Source of the DNA: a virus
Length of the DNA: 64,000 nt
Direction: 5' to 3' (one strand)
IMG/VR virus record: IMGVR_UViG_3300032236_000552
Span: 35,865-99,864 of that record
Of this stretch, positions 28,941 through 36,538 are shown piece by piece (position 1 is the first letter of the stretch; every line of letters starts with the position of its first letter). The translations under genes were made by a program, and so were the position numbers. The notes beneath the pieces are model-generated. The model was not told the origin of the DNA and searched no databases. It worked only from the letters and a program-made list of their open reading frames with translations.

Positions 28941-29540
28941 CTAGTGCTTTGCCTTTGTCTTTGCTTTTGCTACGGCTTTTGCTTTGGCTTTCACCTTTGC
29001 TTTGGCTTTTGCTACGGCTTTGGTCTGATATGGGTACTTCTCCAACCACATCTTAACGACGCTATTGCGAGTACCTTTCCATGCTGACCAGTCTTTGCCA
29101 TGGTCACTCATTTGATAAGCGACATTGGCATTGACTACAGGGTTTAGCAGTTGAGCGTTATATTCTAAACCGTAAGTTGCTCTACGGCTCGGTCCCATTG
29201 AACCAAGCATGTTAATTTGGAATAGACCGAACGAGTTATCGCCAGTCCGTAGGTTTCCATTGTAGTGTAATGGCTGTCCGTTTGATTCTTTCTTAGCAAT
29301 CGCCCACGCATACTTCAGGGCTTGACCCTGAAATCCTACTGCCTGAAGGATAGAGACCAACTGAGTATCCGAGAGGGTACTCGCATTGGAATACTGAACC
29401 GTTACGGCTTGTAGTGCGTCTGCTCTGCTAGGGGCTACGGCTGGGCTTGCCAGTCCTATAGCCACTGCTATCGCCATACTGGACATTGAGATAGTTCCCA
29501 CTGCCAGTCTTACTTTTGTTACTCTCCTAGTTATTTTCAT
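28941..29540 (-). CDS. Secreted lysozyme-like / SLT transglycosylase
   Basis: Signal-like N-terminus; AIAKKES (catalytic Glu), GLFQIN, NANVA, WSAW; AK-rich tail; SD GGAG before ATG 29540. Confidence 0.85.
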   Translation of the reverse strand: MKITRRVTKVRLAVGTISMSSMAIAVAIGLASPAVAPSRADALQAVTVQYSNASTLSDTQLVSILQAVGFQGQALKYAWAIAKKESNGQPLHYNGNLRTGDNSFGLFQINMLGSMGPSRRATYGLEYNAQLLNPVVNANVAYQMSDHGKDWSAWKGTRNSVVKMWLEKYPYQTKAVAKAKAKVKAKAKAVAKAKTKAKH

Positions 29541-29544
29541 AGCA

Positions 29545-30870
29545 TCACTCCAAATAGTCATTAACAACCTCGGCTGCCTTTGACTGCTGGTGACGGATAC
29601 GGTGCAGATAACGCTCCGTCGTTGTTATCGACTGGTGACCTAGACGCTCTTTTACCTCATGGACATCAACGCCTTTTGTTAGAAGGAGAGTGGCGTTGGC
29701 GTGCCGTAAGTCGTGCGTTGTTGGATACCAGCCAATACTTGACTGGGTTATGGCTTCGTTCCAAATGGCTCGCCATTTATCACGAGGTAGATAGTCTTCG
29801 CTTTTGCTAAGGCTTTGGCTTCTGCTATTGCTTCTGCTACGGCTTTGGCTTTTGCTAAGGCTTTCTACTTTGCCTTTCGCTTTGTCCTTTCTATAGTGAC
29901 TGCGGTAATCCTTTACCGCTTGCTTGCATTGGTCACACCTACAACCTCCTACGTTGTACGAGTAGGGTGTTGCGTGTTGGAATGTTCTGCTTCCAACGGT
30001 GTAACTTCCTTTGCTTTTGCTAGGACTTACTATTTTACTTGGCTTCTCTACAACTTGCTTCGAGAAGACCAAATCTTCTTTTGATAGGGCTTTTGCTGAG
30101 ACAAACGCCTGGATTTCGGCTATCAACGAAGAACTTAGTGTAACAGTCCTCTTATGACCGTTCTTTGTGCGTGGCTCTACCGCAAATCTTCGCAGGTCGG
30201 AACTATATTTTTTGCCTACATCTGAGACTGTTCTTCTTATATACACTTCTTTTGAGGTAAAGTTAAAGTCTTTAACACGCAACTCTGTTGCTTCTCCAAA
30301 CCGACAACCAGAACCCATCAGAAATCTGGCAAATAACTTTGCGCCGTCTGTGGGTAACTTCTTTACGATAGCCTGAAAGTCTTTAGCGTCTAGCGTGTAG
30401 GTTGGGTCGGGTCTTACTATCTGAACTTTGATACGGTGGGTTGGGTTGGTTGGGATTACCTCATCATCAACGGCTAACCTGAATAGGTATCCTAGAGCCG
30501 TTTTGAGGTGGGAGATTGTGCTAGGGCTTATGCCCTGCTTCTGTAAGTCCTCTAGCAACTTACGTATATCTTGCTTCTTGATTGCGGTCATCTTCTTGCC
30601 TTCTAAAGTGGGCTGGGCATACTTCTTTAGAAGGGTGGTGTAAGTCTTTTTAGTGATAGCCCGTAGGTCTCGTCTCTCCAGCAATTTGTCCATATAAGTA
30701 TCGAACGTCTCTTGGTATTCGGGCAGGGTCTCAAACTCTCCTGCTTCGGCTAGGAGTCCTGCATTTAGGGCTTTGGCTTTGGTGGGGTAAGTTCCCACGC
30801 TTTTTGTCTTGCCCTCTGAATTGCGGTAATAGCCTGTATAACGCTTGTTACGTTCGACTACATACGCCAT
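29545..30870 (-). CDS. int: Tyrosine recombinase/integrase with inserted Zn-binding and Ser-repeat segment
   Basis: GCRFGEA (R), TKNG (K), HDLRH, LGH, TTERY catalytic residues; probable start MAYVVERN at 30870. Confidence 0.92.
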   Translation of the reverse strand: MAYVVERNKRYTGYYRNSEGKTKSVGTYPTKAKALNAGLLAEAGEFETLPEYQETFDTYMDKLLERRDLRAITKKTYTTLLKKYAQPTLEGKKMTAIKKQDIRKLLEDLQKQGISPSTISHLKTALGYLFRLAVDDEVIPTNPTHRIKVQIVRPDPTYTLDAKDFQAIVKKLPTDGAKLFARFLMGSGCRFGEATELRVKDFNFTSKEVYIRRTVSDVGKKYSSDLRRFAVEPRTKNGHKRTVTLSSSLIAEIQAFVSAKALSKEDLVFSKQVVEKPSKIVSPSKSKGSYTVGSRTFQHATPYSYNVGGCRCDQCKQAVKDYRSHYRKDKAKGKVESLSKSQSRSRSNSRSQSLSKSEDYLPRDKWRAIWNEAITQSSIGWYPTTHDLRHANATLLLTKGVDVHEVKERLGHQSITTTERYLHRIRHQQSKAAEVVNDYLE

Positions 30871-30894
30871 GACTTGCCCCCTTTGTGTGGCGTG

Positions 30895-30908
30895 GGTCAC
30901 GTGTGACC
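30895..30908. promoter_or_regulatory. Palindrome upstream of integrase
   Basis: GGTCAC-GT-GTGACC. Confidence 0.35.
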
Positions 30909-30954
30909 TACATCACAGAGCCTATCAAATTAGCGGTGGATTGCAAAATAGAAC

Positions 30955-30993
30955 AAAAAAGGGGGCAGACTGCCGATTGGCAATCTACCCCCC
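30955..30993 (-). terminator. Intrinsic terminator insulating integrase from the early operon
   Basis: Minus strand G-run-TAGATTGCC-AATC-GGCAGTCTG-C-run followed by TTTTTT. Confidence 0.8.
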
Positions 30994-31021
30994 TGAGTGC
31001 TAACTACTCGTCTAAAGACGT

Positions 31022-31216
31022 TTAGCGAACTTCTTTTACCTGTGGCTTAGTTCTTTGCGCCTGACTTGTTAAGTGCCACTTGTTACATATCGGACACTTG
31101 TAGGAAGCGCAAGGAAGTTTCCTTCCGTCTAACCAATGAGACTTCCAAATAATCGAAAGGACTCGTTCGGCTTTTGCTCTAGTAGGAAATGCTTTCTTAT
31201 CAACACACTTAGCCAT
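31022..31216 (-). CDS. Small zinc-binding protein
   Basis: C..KKAF...YKCPICNKWHLTS. Confidence 0.7.
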   Translation of the reverse strand: MAKCVDKKAFPTRAKAERVLSIIWKSHWLDGRKLPCASYKCPICNKWHLTSQAQRTKPQVKEVR

Positions 31217-31336
31217 GCAAGCACCGTTCCTTGCAGTCAGCGCAGAACCACATCACATAAAGACCTTTAGTGGTCGTTACGGCGTGACCGTCCTCAAACG
31301 CCTTCTCTTGCCCGCAGGTGTCGCATAGTTCTAAAG

Positions 31337-31516
31337 TTACATATCCCATAGTGCCTCATCTTGTTGTGCTTCTAGTTCGGTATCTACTGCCTTATCTAAG
31401 GCTTCGGTGCAGATACAACACTCTGAGCAGGTTAAGCAAAACTCGCAGACTTCATTATTATCCCACGAGTCACACTCATCACAATACTTCTTATCGGTAT
31501 CGCCCTCAGACTCCAT
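31337..31516 (-). CDS. Cys-rich 59-aa protein ending QQDEALWDM
   Basis: Read by hand; TAATG coupling with SD GGAGG; 8 Cys. Confidence 0.65.
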   Translation of the reverse strand: MESEGDTDKKYCDECDSWDNNEVCEFCLTCSECCICTEALDKAVDTELEAQQDEALWDM

Positions 31517-31776
31517 TACTCCTCCTCGCCATTTGCTCCGAGAGGCTTACGATATTCGATACCCCTATGCAGGATAATCGTCTTAAAGGTGGCACTTACA
31601 TAGTTACCGTTATCATCAACATCTCTTGGGTTGTTAATCTGTTCCGCAATAGTGTCCAAAAGAATATCCATATTTCTTTTGCTCAATACTCGGTCAGTAT
31701 TAAACTCAAACTCAATCTTGTAATTACGGCGTGCCTTAAACTTAGACTTCTCAATACGAATAACTGCTTTTTCCAT
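31516..31776 (-). CDS. Hypothetical protein
   Basis: SD GGAGG, coupled. Confidence 0.65.
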   Translation of the reverse strand: MEKAVIRIEKSKFKARRNYKIEFEFNTDRVLSKRNMDILLDTIAEQINNPRDVDDNGNYVSATFKTIILHRGIEYRKPLGANGEEE

Positions 31777-31965
31777 TTAGTCCTCCTTAGTCTCTGAGAC
31801 TACCTTTAGTTGGTAATCACTCTTGTTCATATCCATATTCCCAATGACTTGATTAGTCTTATCGAACACGACCTCGTAGAAACTTCGCAGGTCGGATACG
31901 TCTTTAGTGTCGAAAGTAATCGGCACTTGTGTTGTTAGTTCTACCATATAAGTATTTATTGCCAT
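31777..31965 (-). CDS. Hypothetical protein
   Basis: SD GGAGG. Confidence 0.6.
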   Translation of the reverse strand: MAINTYMVELTTQVPITFDTKDVSDLRSFYEVVFDKTNQVIGNMDMNKSDYQLKVVSETKED

Positions 31966-31969
31966 TTGT

Positions 31970-32281
31970 TTATGCCTCCCATAGTTCTTGGTCTTTTTCT
32001 ATATCTACTACTACTTCTGACTCCTCTAAGTATTCATTTAGACACTCTAAGATTTGGTCTCCAACATCAGGACTGTCGTACACTCCGTTAGTTGTGGACT
32101 CCCATGCTTCATCAAAGAGGTTATTTAGTTTCTCATCAGTCAGGGAGTAGTTCTCCTGCATATCTCCTAACGTGTCCTCTACCCAACTCATAGCGAGTTT
32201 TCTATCCCACCAAAGAACCAAAATACTTTCTTTAGGGTCGTACTTAGAAAGTTCTTTTATGATTTGTTCTACTGTTGCCAT
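31970..32281 (-). CDS. Acidic protein, paralog of 32285..32596
   Basis: MATVEQIIKELSKYDP...DQELWEA. Confidence 0.7.
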   Translation of the reverse strand: MATVEQIIKELSKYDPKESILVLWWDRKLAMSWVEDTLGDMQENYSLTDEKLNNLFDEAWESTTNGVYDSPDVGDQILECLNEYLEESEVVVDIEKDQELWEA

Positions 32282-32284
32282 TTG

Positions 32285-32596
32285 TTATCCCTCCCATAGT
32301 TCTTGGTCACTTGCCGCTTTTTCTCTTTCTACAACATGACGAGTGCATACATCTTGGATAATGTCTGAAACACTTTCGTTAAACTTCTCCCAAACATACT
32401 CGTCGTTCCATACCAGCCTAAAGATAGTGTTAAAGATTTCATCTGAGAAGTCTTTATCAACATCAAAGCCGTTTACGTCTTGCTCTAAGATTTCTGTTGC
32501 TAAGTCTGCCTTCACGTACCACATATCAAAGATAGGTTCGTTAGGGTCTAACTTCTGTAACTGTTCTATAACTTCTTTTACTGTTGATACTGCCAT
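32285..32596 (-). CDS. Acidic protein, paralog of 31970..32281
   Basis: MAVSTVKEVIEQLQKLDP...DQELWEG. Confidence 0.7.
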   Translation of the reverse strand: MAVSTVKEVIEQLQKLDPNEPIFDMWYVKADLATEILEQDVNGFDVDKDFSDEIFNTIFRLVWNDEYVWEKFNESVSDIIQDVCTRHVVEREKAASDQELWEG

Positions 32597-32599
32597 TTG

Positions 32600-32842
32600 T
32601 TATCCCTCCCATAATGCTAGGTCTTGTTCTTCTTCTTCTAACAACGCAATAATCGTGCGTTCACAATCAGAGCGAGTTCTGTAATCGTTGCTATCTGTCC
32701 TTTCGTATTTATCTTTAGTAGAGGTCTGCACTAGCCACCACCAATCGCTATCGGGATTTCGTGAGATAACGAACCGATTATCTAAAGTTGCATACGAGCC
32801 TGTGTGTAACTTCTTTAACTTTAACTTATACATCTTAGACAC
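32600..32842 (-). CDS. Hypothetical protein ending EQDLALWEG
   Basis: SD GGAGG. Confidence 0.65.
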   Translation of the reverse strand: MSKMYKLKLKKLHTGSYATLDNRFVISRNPDSDWWWLVQTSTKDKYERTDSNDYRTRSDCERTIIALLEEEEQDLALWEG

Positions 32843-33440
32843 TTGTTTCCTCCGTATCCCATAGCCCTGCTTCTTGTTCGTCTTGTTCTAACTGGCACTC
32901 ACTACATATAGAAGGAGTATTTTCTTTATAGCAAGGCAACCACTCACTACAACTCATGCAACTGTGGTGTTCTGACTCCTCGCCCCAATACTTGTCGTAG
33001 ATTTCACACGTCCACTCGTCACCTTCCTCCTCTAAGAAGTCCTGACCATTTGCATACGTGTAAGTTCCGTAGAACGCACCACCTTCGTCATAGTATTTGT
33101 AAGTCATTTTGACTTTTGGATTGTCTTTAGACAACTGCAAAAGAACATAGTGAACTGGTGACCATGCAGTCCAAAAGTTAATATGCACCGAACCCTGTTC
33201 CCAATCATCAGTTATATATGGGTCGCACATATCCCACTTAGTACCCCAGTTGTTTATTGACCAGTTGTACCAATTTCTTTCCTCATCAACTGGCATAGGA
33301 ATAATCTTGTGAAAAGAAAATGGACTAGCAGGGTGAGCCTCTGTTGCTTCACTCTCTGTAATCTGAACCTGCTTCATCAGTTTATTTAACTGCTTAGGCT
33401 TTCCAGTTATATAGAGAGTGCTTACACAATGATTTGGCAT
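32835..33440 (-). CDS. YubB/DUF1281-like ferredoxin-fold protein
   Basis: MPNHC, WYNWSINNWGTKWD, FWTAWSP, YYDEG motifs. Confidence 0.75.
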   Translation of the reverse strand: MPNHCVSTLYITGKPKQLNKLMKQVQITESEATEAHPASPFSFHKIIPMPVDEERNWYNWSINNWGTKWDMCDPYITDDWEQGSVHINFWTAWSPVHYVLLQLSKDNPKVKMTYKYYDEGGAFYGTYTYANGQDFLEEEGDEWTCEIYDKYWGEESEHHSCMSCSEWLPCYKENTPSICSECQLEQDEQEAGLWDTEETSV

Positions 33441-33443
33441 TTG

Positions 33444-34052
33444 TTATTCCTCCTTTAGTTTTCTGTTAGTTAATTGACGGTACGCACCCGATTTGCCGTC
33501 AGTCTGACGGTATCCATATCGGACTAGGCGTGAGTTAATTGCGGCTGGTGTAATGCCTAAAGAACTTGCAACACGATAAGTAGTGACTCCACTATCTACG
33601 AGTTGCTTAACGAGTGCCATAAACTCCTCGGCTTCCTCACGATACTTAGGACTACTGCTACGGACTTGTCGTGCCTTGTCGTGTAGTTCTTGTAGTCGTG
33701 TAAGGACATCAGGGTCAATGGCAACTCTCTTTATCTGTTGCTTATAGACTTCTACATGAGGAATTGGTGGGATAGGTAAGTGCTTTATCACCAACTGCAC
33801 CCCAGTCTCGTTGTTGCTATCAAACTTGGCATAAAGACGAATAGCCTCTCGTGTTAGTCCTAGTTCATTAGCGATAGATTGCAAAGTCCAACCAGCCTCA
33901 GACAACTTAGTTGCATAGGCTCTACGTTCTTTTAATGGCAGACTTCTTAAGATTTCCCCAACTTCTTTAGGGAGAACATGGTGCTTGTGTACGGTCTTGT
34001 TACCAACAAACACACTTTCTTTTTCTTTTGTATGTCTAAATGGATAAGTCAT
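33444..34052 (-). CDS. Double helix-turn-helix DNA-binding protein
   Basis: GWTLQSIANELGLTREAIR and GVTTYRVASSLGITPAAINSRL. Confidence 0.8.
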   Translation of the reverse strand: MTYPFRHTKEKESVFVGNKTVHKHHVLPKEVGEILRSLPLKERRAYATKLSEAGWTLQSIANELGLTREAIRLYAKFDSNNETGVQLVIKHLPIPPIPHVEVYKQQIKRVAIDPDVLTRLQELHDKARQVRSSSPKYREEAEEFMALVKQLVDSGVTTYRVASSLGITPAAINSRLVRYGYRQTDGKSGAYRQLTNRKLKEE

Positions 34053-34068
34053 GGGTTTATGCTCCTTG

Positions 34069-34557
34069 TTATTTCGCAGGTCGGATTAGCGATACACCGT
34101 TGTTGGTGATAGCCGTTAGTTCTTGTTGCAACTTAACTACTTGCTCTGCAAACGATTTGCGTGCGTAGTCATGGTATGAGTCAGGGATTTGCGCTAAGAC
34201 TTCTTTATCTATTTGGTGAAACCACTCATCACGAAAACGCAAGCCACCGTCTTTACGATAGCCTCGCACCTTTAAGTTGTTAAGTACGAAGGACTCTTTA
34301 TCCTCGTAATTGAGTTGGTAATCTAATCGTTCTAGTCTTACCTTCTTTTTAGTACCAGTCTTTTGCCAACCATTAGTTGCAGAGTTCCAGTTGTAATCCC
34401 ACTCATCTATCTCAATGATTATCTGCTCTGTCTCTGATAGTTCTACATAACAACTCATGCTGATACCGCTACTACTCTCAACACTTGTGTCTGTGCTTGG
34501 TGCAGTTATTACTTTCATATCATGTCCTCCTTGTTTCGGTACTACGTATAGGGTCAT
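34069..34557 (-). CDS. Hypothetical protein
   Basis: Coupled start; 13-mer overlaps its last codons. Confidence 0.6.
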   Translation of the reverse strand: MTLYVVPKQGGHDMKVITAPSTDTSVESSSGISMSCYVELSETEQIIIEIDEWDYNWNSATNGWQKTGTKKKVRLERLDYQLNYEDKESFVLNNLKVRGYRKDGGLRFRDEWFHQIDKEVLAQIPDSYHDYARKSFAEQVVKLQQELTAITNNGVSLIRPAK

Positions 34558-34991
34558 TAGTTCTCCCATAGTTCTTGTTCTTGTTCTAGTTCTATTGCGT
34601 AGTCTCTATCCATAATCTCTAGTAAGTGGTCGTAGGCTTCTATGGGGTTGTGGTGGACACAATCCTCAAACTCCTCCTCATAAATACTTCGACACTCATA
34701 CCAGTTGTTCATGTCTATAACTAACTTGTCTTGTTCTACGAGTTCATACAACTTTTGGTCGGTGTTAATTCCTGTTCTTTCTAAGTCCTCAATAGTTACT
34801 AACTTATCGTCCAAAAGAAGTCTGACTTCTCCATAGACTCCAACATAACCGCACTCATTAGTTGGAGTCTTTACTGTGATTACTGGGTTGTGACCGCCAT
34901 GCCAAAGACTGTCTGCTTTATCAGGGTCAGTTAGGTCGTGAATAACATCAGCAGACCAGCCTTCGGGTGCTTCATATACAACTGGCTTCAT
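34557..34991 (-). CDS. Acidic protein ending EQEQELWEN
   Basis: TGATG-coupled start at 34991. Confidence 0.65.
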   Translation of the reverse strand: MKPVVYEAPEGWSADVIHDLTDPDKADSLWHGGHNPVITVKTPTNECGYVGVYGEVRLLLDDKLVTIEDLERTGINTDQKLYELVEQDKLVIDMNNWYECRSIYEEEFEDCVHHNPIEAYDHLLEIMDRDYAIELEQEQELWEN

Positions 34992-35704
34992 CAGTAACCG
35001 TATTTCTTGGCGCATATCGCACCCATACCACCAGCGATTGACTTGGCTTTTGTAAGTGTGCGACCACAATGGCAACAACGACCAGTCTGTGCTGAGTATT
35101 TAATTGCGTCTCTTAGTGTGAGTCGGTGTGCAGGAGTAATAAGTGGCAAGATATTTTTCTTGCTATCGTCTCTAACATACTTCTTTTGCTCATCAGAGTA
35201 CGACCACACCTGCCACTTCTTGCTCTCTACTCCTAACCTAATCGAGTAGATAACTCCTTCATATAGATACGCCCCCACTTCTGTAATCTGCATAGTGGGT
35301 TCTTTAGTTGCTTTAGTACGCAACGTGTTTATGAGTTCTGATACTTCTTTACGAGTGAAGTATTTTAATTCACGCACCTTGTTCTTTTGCAAGACATAAA
35401 GGTAAGCCTCTAACCCACCTTCTTTTGTATCCACGAGACTCTGTGCATACGCAACTTGCTTATCAGTTGCGTACTCAACGTAGTCAGGCTTAGTAGGACA
35501 CGACAATAGTGAAGTGATTAAGTCACCAGCACCTTGCACATTTAACTTCGTTAGTTCCTCGTCAGTTAATTTGCAAGCGTGTTGCTTTTCATTTAGTAAC
35601 TTCTTTATGAAGTTTATTTGCTTCTCACTTGCATAACGCACTTGGTACTCACCGTACTGATTGCCACCTCGTGAGCCACCTGCCTTGTGAAGTGTTGTGG
35701 TCAT
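34991..35704 (-). CDS. Protein with two A[ST]xKQ repeats and a DUF6011-like C-terminal zinc motif
   Basis: ASEKQI / ATDKQV repeats; CCHCGRTLT...SI..GMGAICA. Confidence 0.7.
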   Translation of the reverse strand: MTTTLHKAGGSRGGNQYGEYQVRYASEKQINFIKKLLNEKQHACKLTDEELTKLNVQGAGDLITSLLSCPTKPDYVEYATDKQVAYAQSLVDTKEGGLEAYLYVLQKNKVRELKYFTRKEVSELINTLRTKATKEPTMQITEVGAYLYEGVIYSIRLGVESKKWQVWSYSDEQKKYVRDDSKKNILPLITPAHRLTLRDAIKYSAQTGRCCHCGRTLTKAKSIAGGMGAICAKKYGY

Positions 35705-35870
35705 AGTGTTTTCCCTTCCAGTTGTTGATTGGCAGAGTTCTTTATATGCGCCTGTACGTCACTCACACCATGAGCGACTGCATAGAACCCTCCAGCATTT
35801 AGTCGTGCCTTCTCCTGCCCCAGCACTCTGAGCAGGAGAGATACTTGCTCCTCTGATAGTTCGATATTCA

Positions 35871-36452
35871 TTACAACACCGCCTTTCCTTCATAAGCGAG
35901 TTCCAGCAAACGCTCAAACTCTTTAATGCCGACTGTTACAACGCCCTTGTAAGACTCCTCGTAACCTGTTGTATCAACACTCACCTCTGCATTACCCACG
36001 AGTTCCGAGAGACTTGTAAGGATAGAAGTCTTAGAACGTGCGACTTCCTCCTGCACTCGTGCTTGTAGTTCACGTACCTTTCTACGCTTCTCCTCCTCAA
36101 TGCGCCTTGCTTCTTGCTCCGCTTGATTACGGTTAGCCCATAGTGGCTCTAGTGTTGCCCACTCAATGAGAATATCTGCTAGTCGTGCAGTCCAGTAGAA
36201 GTCATTACCGTTCTTATCTTTAGCAGTTACAAGAACGCCAACTGAACGGTGACCTTCTGGTGCTTTCTTAAACTGTGTACGGTCTTGTGTGCGACTGTTA
36301 GGGTCATACTCAAACTTAGTTAGTTCCAACACCGTTGCTTTTAGAACGTCAGACTCTCGTACTGTATTAACGTCACGACTGTTCTTACTGTTGTATTCCC
36401 ATGCAGGAAAGATTGCGTACTCTGTACCAACTTGTAGTTCGGATAGTTTCAT
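35871..36452 (-). CDS. Hypothetical protein with coiled coil
   Basis: SD AAGGAG; 193 aa. Confidence 0.7.
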   Translation of the reverse strand: MKLSELQVGTEYAIFPAWEYNSKNSRDVNTVRESDVLKATVLELTKFEYDPNSRTQDRTQFKKAPEGHRSVGVLVTAKDKNGNDFYWTARLADILIEWATLEPLWANRNQAEQEARRIEEEKRRKVRELQARVQEEVARSKTSILTSLSELVGNAEVSVDTTGYEESYKGVVTVGIKEFERLLELAYEGKAVL

Positions 36453-36498
36453 TTAGATATGCTCCTTATAGATTTTCGCAGGTCGGATTTTTTGTAAT

Positions 36499-36525
36499 GA
36501 GTGGCGAGCAGATAACTCGCCACTC
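36499..36525. repeat. Hairpin GAGTGGCGAG/CTCGCCACTC (copy 1)
   Basis: Perfect 10-bp inverted repeat next to a 13-mer. Confidence 0.8.
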
Positions 36526-36538
36526 TCTTGTAACTTCT

